Notes under the pieces: generated by a model
The model's input: the letters and a program-made list of their open reading frames with translations, nothing else
Told to the model about the DNA's origin: nothing
Databases searched by the model: none
Source of the DNA: Pseudomonadota bacterium
GTDB taxonomy: Bacteria; Pseudomonadota; Alphaproteobacteria; Sphingomonadales; Sphingomonadaceae
Assembly: GCA_963205265.1 (NCBI GenBank)
Contig: CAUJJI010000052.1
Coordinates: forward strand, 1,266 to 65,265
DNA: 64,000 nt
Reading direction: 5' to 3'
Shown: positions 50,196 to 59,602 of the stretch, in pieces
Numbering within the stretch: the first letter of the stretch is position 1
How the letters are laid out: each line of letters opens with the position of its first letter
Position numbers and translations under genes: made by a program

Positions 50196-53111
50196 ATGAA
50201 TCCGATTCGGCTAACTGTGGCGCTTCTGGCGCTCACGGCGACGACGTGCGCCCAGGCCACTGGCGCAGAGGTCGCCCTTGTCGGGCTTGGAATGACAGCG
50301 GCCGCGGCGGCATTCACGGCAACCGTCCTGCAAGCAACTGTTGTTTTGTACGGGTTGTACAAGGCCAAGACCGCTCGGAACAAGGCGCGGCGCGCCGCCG
50401 ACGGAGGTATCGAGGATAGACGATCCTCCGTCGGATCGACGGATATGGCCCGCTCCATCGTCTACGGCGAGCGCCAGGTCGATGGCCGAGTGATGTTCAT
50501 CTCCGAGGCGCGAGAAGACCGGCCAGGCCTACTGCCGGGGGAAGAGCCGAAGTTCTACATCGTCAAGGCCCTTGAGCCCGACCACGAAGTTGATCGGATC
50601 GTCGACATCCAGTTCGATGGACGACCAGTCGGGCCGTTTCAGACCGACCCGAACGACGTGGAAGGCGGCGTTCCGGTTGGCCCAGGAAGCTTCTACTACA
50701 AGCAGTCGTTCGGCTCCGCAACGTATGACGGCATCGTCCCTTCGTGGGGCGTAATCGACATCCCGGGCCGGTCGGTCACCAAGGTCTTGTCGCTGCTGGT
50801 CGGTGACGCGGCCTTCGACGATCCGGGTCGGCCGAATGACGAGCCGGCACCGATATTTACATCCCTGCCGGAAGGCAGTCGAGCTATCTCCCTTGGTGGC
50901 GTCGTCGTCGGAACTCAGTTCTCCGGCAAGCACTTCCGCCTGACCTACCAGTACGAGATCAACCAGCCGCTAGTGCGGGTTTGGTTCTATCGCGGCACGC
51001 AGGAGCAGAAGGCGTGCCGCAAGATCATGGAGGTCTCGGGAGGGACCGTATCGCTCGAATCCACGGACATCGTCAACGACGGCGGCGTGTGGACGAGTCG
51101 GGCCAGGTTGAGAGGCACGCCATATGTCGTTGTGGAGATCACTCCGGATTTCGAGAAGTTCCCGAGCATGCAGCCCTACATCACGGCGACCGTGAAAGGA
51201 AAGAGGGGTTTGCTCGTCCACGGCGGAACGGGGTGGAGCCGGAATCCAGCGGATCACATCTACGACTACCTGCGCACCGAGATAGGCGTCCGGGAAGACG
51301 AGATCAACATGGATCTGCTGGAGGCAGCCCATACCGCTTGCGCTGACGAGGTGATCTCGCACTACGACTACAACAACATCAAAAAGGGCGAGGGCGCGAG
51401 CGATCAACTTCCGATTCCCGTGTCCGAGCCGCGCTACGCCTGTGACGCCGTTCTGTCCACCGAGGTTCGGATGGTTGACAACCTCCGATATCTACTGGCT
51501 TCGATGGCGGGGTCGTGTGTCTACTCGGGGGGGCGGTTCGACATTCGCGCCGGGGTAGCCGAAGTCTCGGACGTGACCCTGACGGCCGCCGATCTCGGGC
51601 CTGGCGGGGTCCAGGTCGACCCCTTCACGCCATACCTGGAGTCGTTCAACGCTGTCCGCGGGCGGCATACACGCCGAAAGCGGATTTACAGCGAACAGGG
51701 CGGGATCTTCCTAGGCGACGAGGCGTACAGCTACACGACCACTGACTATCCGCCCTACAAGAGTCAGTTCTACATCAACCAGGACCAGGGCGAGGTTAAC
51801 TGGGAGGAGGTTGATCTTCCCTGCGTCACGTCGGAGTACCAGGCCCAGCGCATCGCCAAGCTGCTGCTGCATTTGAATCGCAATGGGCTGATGTTCACTG
51901 CCGAGTGGCGAATGTCCGCGGCTCGGTTCTCTGCAGGCGAGGTGGTCAACGTCTCTCTTCCTGCCTCGGGGTTCGTCCAGAAGCCATTCAGGATCATGAG
52001 CAAGGAGTCCGACGCCAAGACCGGCTTGATTAGGATGACGATGAAGGAAGAGCCAGCCGCAGTCTACAACTTCAGTTTCGATGAGGCGGAAGATCCGGAT
52101 CCGGCACCGAATACAAAGCTGACACCGGTCGATGTGGTCGAGGCGCCGCAGAGTATTTCGATCGACTCTAGCGCTGCCGTGGCGCGTTACGGCCTGGATG
52201 GCTCTGTGGTGCCTATTGCGAGGGTCACATGGGACCGGCCAGCCAGCTACGGAATCCTGTACGGCGGTCAGGTCGAGGTTTGGTACAAGTTCGGTCAGGA
52301 TATCAATTGGCAGAAGCAAAGCCTGCCCGGAAACACTGAGTTCTTGGAGGTCCCCGTTCTCCGTGGGCTGGACATAGTCGGCCAGATCCGGTTCATCAAC
52401 GCGGTCCAAGCGCCAGGACCATTCGCACAGTTCTCGAAGCGGCTCACCGACGTCCCAACACAGTACTTGGTTGGAAATCTTCTTGTCAATGCTCGGTTCG
52501 AGTCGTTCACGCAGACATCGAGACCCGACCCCAACTATCCCGCGTATCTTTGGTACATCCCAGGTTGGTTTGGAGTCACTGGATCATCTCCGAACGGCTT
52601 CCCAATTCCCGGTGTTGGTGATGTCATGCCGTTTCCCTATGCAATCAAGAAGGGCGACCCTGGTCGACTTGGGGCTTTTGATACGGGAATCATGTCCTGG
52701 GCCGATTTTCACGGATCCAATTACAGAACTCAGTGGGTTGAGTCGCAAGCCATCGAGGTTCAAGGAACTTCTCGGCTAGTCGCATTTGCTCACGTCTGGG
52801 GGCAACATGGGTACGTGAGCATCAGTGTCGTTGAGTACGAGCCAAGTGGAGACTATGTGCGGGAGCATGAGTCAGAGCGTGTCATGTTTACAGCGGCCGG
52901 AGTAGCGGGGATTGACAGGATGAGGCAGGTAGGCGTGTTCGTGAACTTGACGCGGTACGGAGATTCACCGACCACGCGGGTTAGGCTTCGGCTGAATCAT
53001 TATCGCCACCCCGGAATGCCAGATAACTTCGTCACGGCGGCAAACTTCGCCCGGCCGTATCTGGGCTACGCGTCTGAAGGGCAGGTGACGCGGCCCGCTT
53101 GGAGCTCGTAA
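50196..53111 (+). CDS. host-specificity / central tail fibre protein (gpJ-like) with a hydrophobic Ala/Gly/Thr-rich N-terminal extension (971 aa)
   Basis: SIVYGERQVDGRVMF motif near the N-terminus, an FN3-like segment around 52.1-52.4 kb, and the size. The first ~60 aa are hydrophobic (gpI-like?). Confidence 0.8.
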   Translation: MNPIRLTVALLALTATTCAQATGAEVALVGLGMTAAAAAFTATVLQATVVLYGLYKAKTARNKARRAADGGIEDRRSSVGSTDMARSIVYGERQVDGRVMFISEAREDRPGLLPGEEPKFYIVKALEPDHEVDRIVDIQFDGRPVGPFQTDPNDVEGGVPVGPGSFYYKQSFGSATYDGIVPSWGVIDIPGRSVTKVLSLLVGDAAFDDPGRPNDEPAPIFTSLPEGSRAISLGGVVVGTQFSGKHFRLTYQYEINQPLVRVWFYRGTQEQKACRKIMEVSGGTVSLESTDIVNDGGVWTSRARLRGTPYVVVEITPDFEKFPSMQPYITATVKGKRGLLVHGGTGWSRNPADHIYDYLRTEIGVREDEINMDLLEAAHTACADEVISHYDYNNIKKGEGASDQLPIPVSEPRYACDAVLSTEVRMVDNLRYLLASMAGSCVYSGGRFDIRAGVAEVSDVTLTAADLGPGGVQVDPFTPYLESFNAVRGRHTRRKRIYSEQGGIFLGDEAYSYTTTDYPPYKSQFYINQDQGEVNWEEVDLPCVTSEYQAQRIAKLLLHLNRNGLMFTAEWRMSAARFSAGEVVNVSLPASGFVQKPFRIMSKESDAKTGLIRMTMKEEPAAVYNFSFDEAEDPDPAPNTKLTPVDVVEAPQSISIDSSAAVARYGLDGSVVPIARVTWDRPASYGILYGGQVEVWYKFGQDINWQKQSLPGNTEFLEVPVLRGLDIVGQIRFINAVQAPGPFAQFSKRLTDVPTQYLVGNLLVNARFESFTQTSRPDPNYPAYLWYIPGWFGVTGSSPNGFPIPGVGDVMPFPYAIKKGDPGRLGAFDTGIMSWADFHGSNYRTQWVESQAIEVQGTSRLVAFAHVWGQHGYVSISVVEYEPSGDYVREHESERVMFTAAGVAGIDRMRQVGVFVNLTRYGDSPTTRVRLRLNHYRHPGMPDNFVTAANFARPYLGYASEGQVTRPAWSS

Positions 53112-55681
53112 TGCCATTGACGACTGCGCAGGGCCTGCGCGATGACTGCGTGCTCGGGAATGTCGGCATGGGGTTCATGGGCCCGCCAGAGGCGCCGAGC
53201 CCCTGGGGGCACAACGACGGCGGGTACATCAATGACTGGCCGATTCCTAGCCCCGGGGGCTGGCAGAGCGCCCAAGGAACCTATCGGCTTCAGCCGTGGT
53301 TTGCGATTCTTTCGCCGGTCGTGGATAACCCTTCATTGGGCAAATGCCGCGTTCAGCTCCGCAAATGGAGATGCTATTTCAGAAACCGGTCCACGAAGGC
53401 ATTTGGCCTTGTTTCTGGTGGCGGGCAGGGGTCGCCGACCGGTGGCGACAGACCTTATGCACGGTCATACTACCGGTTCTCTCCGCAGGAGACGCGACTG
53501 ATATCGGAGTTTTTCGATTCTCCGAATGGATATCAGGTTGCTCCAAGTGGCGGAATCACCCAGCGGATGGTTACGGACTGGGCCATTCATGGCTATGAGT
53601 ATGGGATGGTCTATCCTGACTTCGGGCTTCAGGACTGCTTTGCCACAGTTCTTCAGGCGAGGATAGTCCCAATTGATGACTCCATCGAGTATGCATGGTC
53701 AGCTTGGACGGCTGGTCTCAATGTCGGGTCGGACAACTACAATTCCGGCTTCGTTGCCGAGCATACCCATGGCCGATTCAAGAAGCTTACAAATCGCTGG
53801 CAGACGTTCTGCGCTGCGACCACGAGACGTCCTAACGGGACTGGCGCTGGTGACAAACCGAATCAGGGGCCAGGGATCACAGATGGGGATTTTCTGTCGA
53901 CCTGCGCAAGCCTTGTTCCTGACGACGAGGAGATTTGGTTGGAACGCGGCGCGTATAGCGCCGGAACGAACACTCAGACCCTAGTGCTTCGTAGATCGGC
54001 ACCGACGGCGACGAACAAGTCCTATTCTCTGTTGAAGCGCAAGGGCGAGTTCTCCGGCGGGCCGTCGTCTGTCGTGATGACCGCAGGCACGACTAGCGTG
54101 CAGTTTCAGGTGACGGTTCCGGGTTCGCCGTCTGGCGCACAGCAGATCCTCTATATCACCGACGGTTCGTCCGAGGATCACTGGGGCGATTTCGTGATCG
54201 GTAATGGCTCATCTACGGGTGAGCCTGGCGGAGGCGATCCAGGCGGGGTGGCTGGTGACTATACTCGGACGAACCTGCTCCTTCGGTCCGGGGATTGCTC
54301 GATCTCGCCATGGAGCTTGGAGGGCGGTTCCGCCGATACGCCCGATGGTAATGGCTGGCAGTTACTGACGAACGGCAGCGACTATATCAGACAGTCCGTT
54401 GCGGGACATAATGCCGGGGAGCCATCGACGCTGCAGGCCGAGTTCTCGCAGGGCACGGCGAGCTGGGTACAGTTGCGTATCTCCTCTGATGACTGGTCGA
54501 GTGGCTGCCACCAGTTCGTCAATTTGACGACCGGCGAATTGGGACAGGGCACCGTGCATGGCGCAGCCTCGGGCTTGTCTTGTGTCGTCAGCGCTGTTCC
54601 GGGCGGTGGGTATCGTGTACGGCTGACCGTGAGCATGCCGGCGACTACTCGTCGCGCGCTAGTTAAGGCCGCCGGCACTGGCGACTCCTGGGACTGGGAA
54701 TCGGCGCTGACGATCTACGCCAGGCGCTGGATGTTCCAGACCGGCCCTCGGGGCACGAACCATATCCCGACCACCGCTTCAACAGTGACGCGGACGCTGA
54801 CCTCGGTGGCGATCTCTGGTTCGGCTTCCGTTGCCCCTGGCTCCGTGACCTCGGGTACTGTCACGCTGTCGGACAACGCGAGCGTTGGTTGGGACCAGTT
54901 CGCGGACATCGAGGTCGCTTCCAGCGCCCCCGAGGTCGTCAGCGTTGGCCAGCCGGCGGGAGAGACGAACGCGGTCGGTCAGGTGACATTCCTGTACACC
55001 GCAGTTTCTGCGGGCCCGGCGAACCTCTCCGCGGTGGGTGGTGACGTGGTGAGCGGAGCCTACGCAGTGACCGTGTCCGGTTCCGCCGTGTTTCTGGATC
55101 CGCCGGCCGCCCCAGTGGTTTCGGTCGTCAATTCCGATACCCTGAGCGTCAGTGTCGGGTCTGTCGACAGCGATGCCACACACGTGGTGATCGAGGGGGC
55201 CACATCGGCGAAGCCCGGCGTCTTTATTGTCCTTGCTATGGTCCCGGTCGGATCGTTGCCGGCGACGATCACCGGGCTTGATCCGGGGACGACCTATACC
55301 TTGCAGGCCAGGGCAACAGTTGGATCGATGACATCTGTCGCGGGCCCGGGCACTGTGGCCACGACGAAGCGCCTTTTTGTCGAGGCCTACGCGTCCACCA
55401 GGGCGCTGAATCAAACCGGGGTGGATATCCAAGTGTTCCGTCCGGCCCCTTCCGGCCGGGCGCTGCCCGTCGGAGCGCGGATTGCCTACTTGACGAATCA
55501 GACATTCGGCGCGGCGGCGGTAGTGGTGGCAGGTATCCAGCAGGCTCCGATCCGGGCTGAACTTTCCGCCCAGACGGATCCTCCGCTTCGCGATGGAGAT
55601 CGACTGAGTGCAATCGTCACCCTGAACGCTCCTCGTCGGACGACGCAGGCGACGAGCAACGCAGTAGTTGTTGAGGCATGA
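53111..55681 (+). CDS. tail fibre protein with Ig-like and FN3-like domains (856 aa)
   Basis: Start taken at ATG 53111, overlapping the upstream TAA. A Big-like segment (VSVGQPAGETNAVGQVTFLYTAVSAGPANLSA) and an FN3-like segment (ATITGLDPGTTYTLQARA) are present. Confidence 0.75.
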   Translation: MPLTTAQGLRDDCVLGNVGMGFMGPPEAPSPWGHNDGGYINDWPIPSPGGWQSAQGTYRLQPWFAILSPVVDNPSLGKCRVQLRKWRCYFRNRSTKAFGLVSGGGQGSPTGGDRPYARSYYRFSPQETRLISEFFDSPNGYQVAPSGGITQRMVTDWAIHGYEYGMVYPDFGLQDCFATVLQARIVPIDDSIEYAWSAWTAGLNVGSDNYNSGFVAEHTHGRFKKLTNRWQTFCAATTRRPNGTGAGDKPNQGPGITDGDFLSTCASLVPDDEEIWLERGAYSAGTNTQTLVLRRSAPTATNKSYSLLKRKGEFSGGPSSVVMTAGTTSVQFQVTVPGSPSGAQQILYITDGSSEDHWGDFVIGNGSSTGEPGGGDPGGVAGDYTRTNLLLRSGDCSISPWSLEGGSADTPDGNGWQLLTNGSDYIRQSVAGHNAGEPSTLQAEFSQGTASWVQLRISSDDWSSGCHQFVNLTTGELGQGTVHGAASGLSCVVSAVPGGGYRVRLTVSMPATTRRALVKAAGTGDSWDWESALTIYARRWMFQTGPRGTNHIPTTASTVTRTLTSVAISGSASVAPGSVTSGTVTLSDNASVGWDQFADIEVASSAPEVVSVGQPAGETNAVGQVTFLYTAVSAGPANLSAVGGDVVSGAYAVTVSGSAVFLDPPAAPVVSVVNSDTLSVSVGSVDSDATHVVIEGATSAKPGVFIVLAMVPVGSLPATITGLDPGTTYTLQARATVGSMTSVAGPGTVATTKRLFVEAYASTRALNQTGVDIQVFRPAPSGRALPVGARIAYLTNQTFGAAAVVVAGIQQAPIRAELSAQTDPPLRDGDRLSAIVTLNAPRRTTQATSNAVVVEA

Positions 55682-57354
55682 TCGAGCTGCGACTGTCCGG
55701 TGGGGCGAGCAACGCCAATGTCTTTCAGTCGATAGGCGGAGCTATGTCCTCGTTCCAGGCTCCGGCAAGGCTTATGCCTTCGGTCACGCCTGGGCTACGG
55801 GGATCCGGCGTCACATGGTACTCGTGCGTTTATGTCAGAGCGAGTAGTCCGGAGACAGCTATTCGAGCGTGGGTCGGGTCCGATACTCCGTCACCGAATT
55901 CGACAATCGCTATCGGCTGGGGTGCCGCGAAGAACACCACTCAATCGTCTGTTGCGAATCAACTGACACCGCCTAGCGGCGTAACGTTTTCCAGCCCAAC
56001 GAGCTATGCGGGCGCGCCGACAGGGGATAGCTACGCCGTCAACGACTACCGTGCGCTATGGATTCGCTACACCCTGAATCCTGGGTCCACACTGATTCCG
56101 CTGGATGTATTTACGATTCGAATCGAGGCCCCCCCGTCAGCGCCTTCGAGTGTGTCGCCGCCAGTGCTTAGTGGTACGGTGCAGCGCGGACAGACGCTAG
56201 CAGCGACGGTGGGCACTTGGACGGGTAGTCCTTACAGCTATGCGTACCAGTGGCAGCGCAGCGCCGACGGGACGACCTGGACATCCATCTCCGGCGCTAC
56301 AGCGTCGAGCTACTTCCTGCAAGACATCGACGTCGGGCAATACATCCGCTGTTTAGTCACGGCCACCAACGTGGGCGGATCCAGTTCCGCGTCGTCAGCG
56401 CCGACTACCGTGGTCGTTCCGACGCTCCCCGTGAGCCTGACGCCTCCGGTCATCACCGGGACGGCGACGGTCGGCCATGTGCTAACGCTGGTCAACGGAA
56501 CGTGGGCATATGCCGCGACCTTCACCTACCAGTGGCAGCGGTCGAACGACGGCTCGACGGGCTGGGCCAATATTGGCGGGGCGACGAGTACGACGCACAC
56601 GCTTGCGGGTGGGGACGAGGGCAAGTTCGTTCGGTGCGTGGTCACTGCGACGAATGTCAGCGGTAGCGCATCAGCGTCCACCGCGGCATCGGCTCAGGTT
56701 ACTTCGGCTTCCGTCCCTCCGTCAGTCCGAGCCTTCAGCAGCGGGACTTCCGGCGAGACGAACACGACGACTCACACGGTGACCATGCCGACGGGCATTG
56801 TCGCCGGTGATCGGATCCTGGTGCTCTTTTGCTTCGACGGCGACCACGGTTTCACGTGGAATCACGCGGCCTTGGGGCCGTGGTCGGAAGTCTTCAAGCA
56901 GGAGAACAACTGGACCGTAAACTTCCTCGGCTACACGCGGATCGCCGCAGGTACCGAGTCGGGTCAGTCGATGAACATCACGACCGATAGCGCCCAACTC
57001 TCGGCGTGGCAGGTCTATGTGATCCGCGACTGCGCCGCCATCTCGGCTTCGGGCGAGAACAGCGCCGGATCGACGACGTCTATGGATCCGCCGGCACACA
57101 GCCCGGCATGGGGAGCGGCGGGCACGACGCTCTGGATTGCCGCTGTTGGTCACGACAACGGTTTCGTCTCCCCGACGGCCTATCCGGCCAACTACACCGA
57201 TGGGGCGCATACGCTGCGCAGTCCTGCAGGCGATGGCTGCGGAGTCGCCTCGGCCCGACGCTCATTGAGCGCGGCGACGGAGAACCCTGGCGCGTTCACC
57301 TTTTCGAACACCGCCTGGTACGCAGCAGTCACGATCGCCTGTCAGCAGGCGTAG
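55678..57354 (+). CDS. tail fibre / receptor-binding protein with two tandem Ig-like modules (558 aa)
   Basis: Repeats PPVLSGTVQRGQTLAATVGTWTGSPYSYAYQWQRSADG...YIRCLVTATNVGGSSSASS and PPVITGTATVGHVLTLVNGTWAYAATFTYQWQRSNDG...FVRCVVTATNVSGSASAST. Confidence 0.75.
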   Translation: MIELRLSGGASNANVFQSIGGAMSSFQAPARLMPSVTPGLRGSGVTWYSCVYVRASSPETAIRAWVGSDTPSPNSTIAIGWGAAKNTTQSSVANQLTPPSGVTFSSPTSYAGAPTGDSYAVNDYRALWIRYTLNPGSTLIPLDVFTIRIEAPPSAPSSVSPPVLSGTVQRGQTLAATVGTWTGSPYSYAYQWQRSADGTTWTSISGATASSYFLQDIDVGQYIRCLVTATNVGGSSSASSAPTTVVVPTLPVSLTPPVITGTATVGHVLTLVNGTWAYAATFTYQWQRSNDGSTGWANIGGATSTTHTLAGGDEGKFVRCVVTATNVSGSASASTAASAQVTSASVPPSVRAFSSGTSGETNTTTHTVTMPTGIVAGDRILVLFCFDGDHGFTWNHAALGPWSEVFKQENNWTVNFLGYTRIAAGTESGQSMNITTDSAQLSAWQVYVIRDCAAISASGENSAGSTTSMDPPAHSPAWGAAGTTLWIAAVGHDNGFVSPTAYPANYTDGAHTLRSPAGDGCGVASARRSLSAATENPGAFTFSNTAWYAAVTIACQQA

Positions 57355-57380
57355 ATACCTTCGATTTTCAGGGAAGAAGA

Positions 57381-57809
57381 ATGTCAGACAAGTTCGTGCT
57401 TGACGGGTACGGCGTCAACCGGAAGTTCGTCGACACCGGAATGACAGATCCCTACGGCAAGCCGGTCCATGCCGAGGTCATTGCGTTCGACGGCACCCCC
57501 GGCGGCTCGACAGTCATCCCACCAGGGGGCGGGGATCCGGTTGCGCTGCCGATCAACGGAACGCTGGTCGACGGTACGCCGCTCGTCATCGCCGTCGCAT
57601 CCGGCGTGCTCGCGCCCGGCGCCGTGTGGGTCAATCCGGGCCCGGGTGACGCGGTCCGCATCCGGTACAGGGTTGATGCGGCTGCGCCGTGGGTGACGCT
57701 GTATGAGGGGGGAACCTATTTCGATGACGTGCGCGAAGGGAAGGTGCAGGCGTACGAGTTCACGCGGACTGCAGGCGCTGGAACGACCTCGAAGTGGGGG
57801 ATCGTTTGA
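57381..57809 (+). CDS. hypothetical tail-fibre-module protein (142 aa)
   Basis: GGGAAGAAG SD directly before the ATG at 57381. Confidence 0.55.
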   Translation: MSDKFVLDGYGVNRKFVDTGMTDPYGKPVHAEVIAFDGTPGGSTVIPPGGGDPVALPINGTLVDGTPLVIAVASGVLAPGAVWVNPGPGDAVRIRYRVDAAAPWVTLYEGGTYFDDVREGKVQAYEFTRTAGAGTTSKWGIV

Positions 57810-58336
57810 TGGCGGCGCATGCGGGTGAGCGGCTGGCCAAGTTGCTCAACGACGTTCTGTACGCCAGCGCAATTTCGGTTTCGCACACCGGTACAACGGC
57901 GCAGACGCTGTTGGCCACGATCCCGGTTCCGGGGCGGCGCCTGGGGGCGAACGGTCTGCTGAGAATCGATGCAATTTTCTCGACGCCCGGTGCGAACAGC
58001 AACGCGAAGAACATTGCAATAACGTACGGCGGGCCAATCGCCGGCGGCACCCAGGGCACAACCTATCTGTACCTGTTCAACGCCCAGATCAACAACGGGG
58101 GCACCAACGCGACGCACCGCGGCATCTGGACGATGCGAAACCGCGGCAGTGAGTCCTCGCAATTGTTCATGCCCAACTCGATGCCTATCGATTTTCAGTC
58201 TCGATCGTCAAGCGCTGTCGGAACGGCGGCGGTGGATACGTCCGTGGATCAGACGATTCGGATCTACGCAACATTGGCAAATGCTGCGGATACGGTGACG
58301 CTGGAGTCGATCGTTGTCGAGGTTCTCAGGCCGTGA
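57809..58336 (+). CDS. hypothetical tail-fibre-module protein (175 aa)
   Basis: TGATG overlap. MAAHAGERLAKLLNDVLYAS... Confidence 0.55.
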   Translation: MAAHAGERLAKLLNDVLYASAISVSHTGTTAQTLLATIPVPGRRLGANGLLRIDAIFSTPGANSNAKNIAITYGGPIAGGTQGTTYLYLFNAQINNGGTNATHRGIWTMRNRGSESSQLFMPNSMPIDFQSRSSSAVGTAAVDTSVDQTIRIYATLANAADTVTLESIVVEVLRP

Positions 58337-59502
58337 CGACAGTCTACGTCGATCCATCTCGGTCCGGCGCCGGGACTGGGGTCCACGGTGATCCGTTCCG
58401 GCTGTTCTCGTCGATCAACTGGGGCATCGCTACCGAGGTCTTGATTCGCAGAGGCACTACCTCACACGAGAGGTTGTGGCCCACTGCGCCTGTCCGAATC
58501 GCCCCCTTCGACGTTGGGGCTGAGCCCGTGATTGACGGCCAGGGGGTTAGGAACAACGGCATCGTTTCGCAGGGCGTTGCGCTGACGATCGAGGACATTC
58601 TTTGCATCAATCACACCGATCACGGAATTAATCTTTGCTCCACAGCGCTGGGGCCGCTGACTGGCACTCGTCTCAAGCGATTGCAGTCTTACGACAACGG
58701 AGCCGACGGAATCGCGATTCGGCCGTGGTATCAGGATGCCCAGATCGAACCATCGAGCGACATCGAGATAGTGCAATGCGTCGCGGACAGGAACGGCGGA
58801 TTTGGGATAGCACTGGTCAACTACTTGACCGGGGCGTGGATCTTTCAATGCACCGCGGATCAGAACGGACACGCTATCGCAGCATGGGGTCTGTATGCAG
58901 CCCCGCTTAACACCGAGCCAGCTTGGTCCCTCGTGACTGGCACTGTCTATGAAGGTACGTTGGCCGGCCTGTACGCGAGTCGGACACTGAGCGCTGTGCT
59001 GACGAACGGGCTGCCTCAAGTGAAGCTGAGCGAGGCCAGCAGCATGGAAGTAGTTGGGCCGGGGCAGTGGAAGCAGTCAGGGTCGGCAGTTCGCATCAAC
59101 ATCGGCAAGCCGATGGCCAGCATTCGCGCGATCTGCCGGGTCGCAGAATGCACGAGCATCCTGTTCGAACAGTGTCGCGGCACCAGGACGGTCAACACCG
59201 GTGGCGGCGACGGCTGCGGGGGCGGTTTCGATCACGGCGTCGAGAACAGCGAGTTCCGAGACAGCGTCTTCGCGAACAACGAGGGGCGGGGCGTGATTTC
59301 GCATATCTGCGGAAGCGGCATCAAACTGGTCCGCCCATTGACGTACGGCAATAGCGAGGGCGGGGCCAGGCTGCGATCGACGATCGTGCCCGTAGTCGAT
59401 GCGCCGGATTGCAGAGAGTCTGTCGCGGTTTCCTGCCAGGACTCATACCCGATCTACACCCCGCGTCAAGATCGGTTCGCGACGATTCGGAGGGTGTTGT
59501 GA
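58333..59502 (+). CDS. right-handed beta-helix (pectate-lyase-fold) protein, depolymerase/tailspike-like (389 aa)
   Basis: VYVDPSRSGAGTGVHGDPF start, then repeated DNGADGIAI / DRNGGFGIAL / DQNGHAIAAWG coils. Confidence 0.65.
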   Translation: MTTVYVDPSRSGAGTGVHGDPFRLFSSINWGIATEVLIRRGTTSHERLWPTAPVRIAPFDVGAEPVIDGQGVRNNGIVSQGVALTIEDILCINHTDHGINLCSTALGPLTGTRLKRLQSYDNGADGIAIRPWYQDAQIEPSSDIEIVQCVADRNGGFGIALVNYLTGAWIFQCTADQNGHAIAAWGLYAAPLNTEPAWSLVTGTVYEGTLAGLYASRTLSAVLTNGLPQVKLSEASSMEVVGPGQWKQSGSAVRINIGKPMASIRAICRVAECTSILFEQCRGTRTVNTGGGDGCGGGFDHGVENSEFRDSVFANNEGRGVISHICGSGIKLVRPLTYGNSEGGARLRSTIVPVVDAPDCRESVAVSCQDSYPIYTPRQDRFATIRRVL

Positions 59503-59602
59503 CGCTACCCCGCCCACCGTCTCCACGCCAGCAGCCCCAGGCCGCCGAGCATCAGGCCGATGGTGGCCGGCTCTGGACAAATCGCCACCCACGGAGCCAT
59601 TG

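Noticed and set aside
55678-57354. Diversity-generating retroelement acting on the repeated Ig-like fibre modules
   Set aside because: No reverse transcriptase gene and no template-repeat copy exist anywhere in the window.
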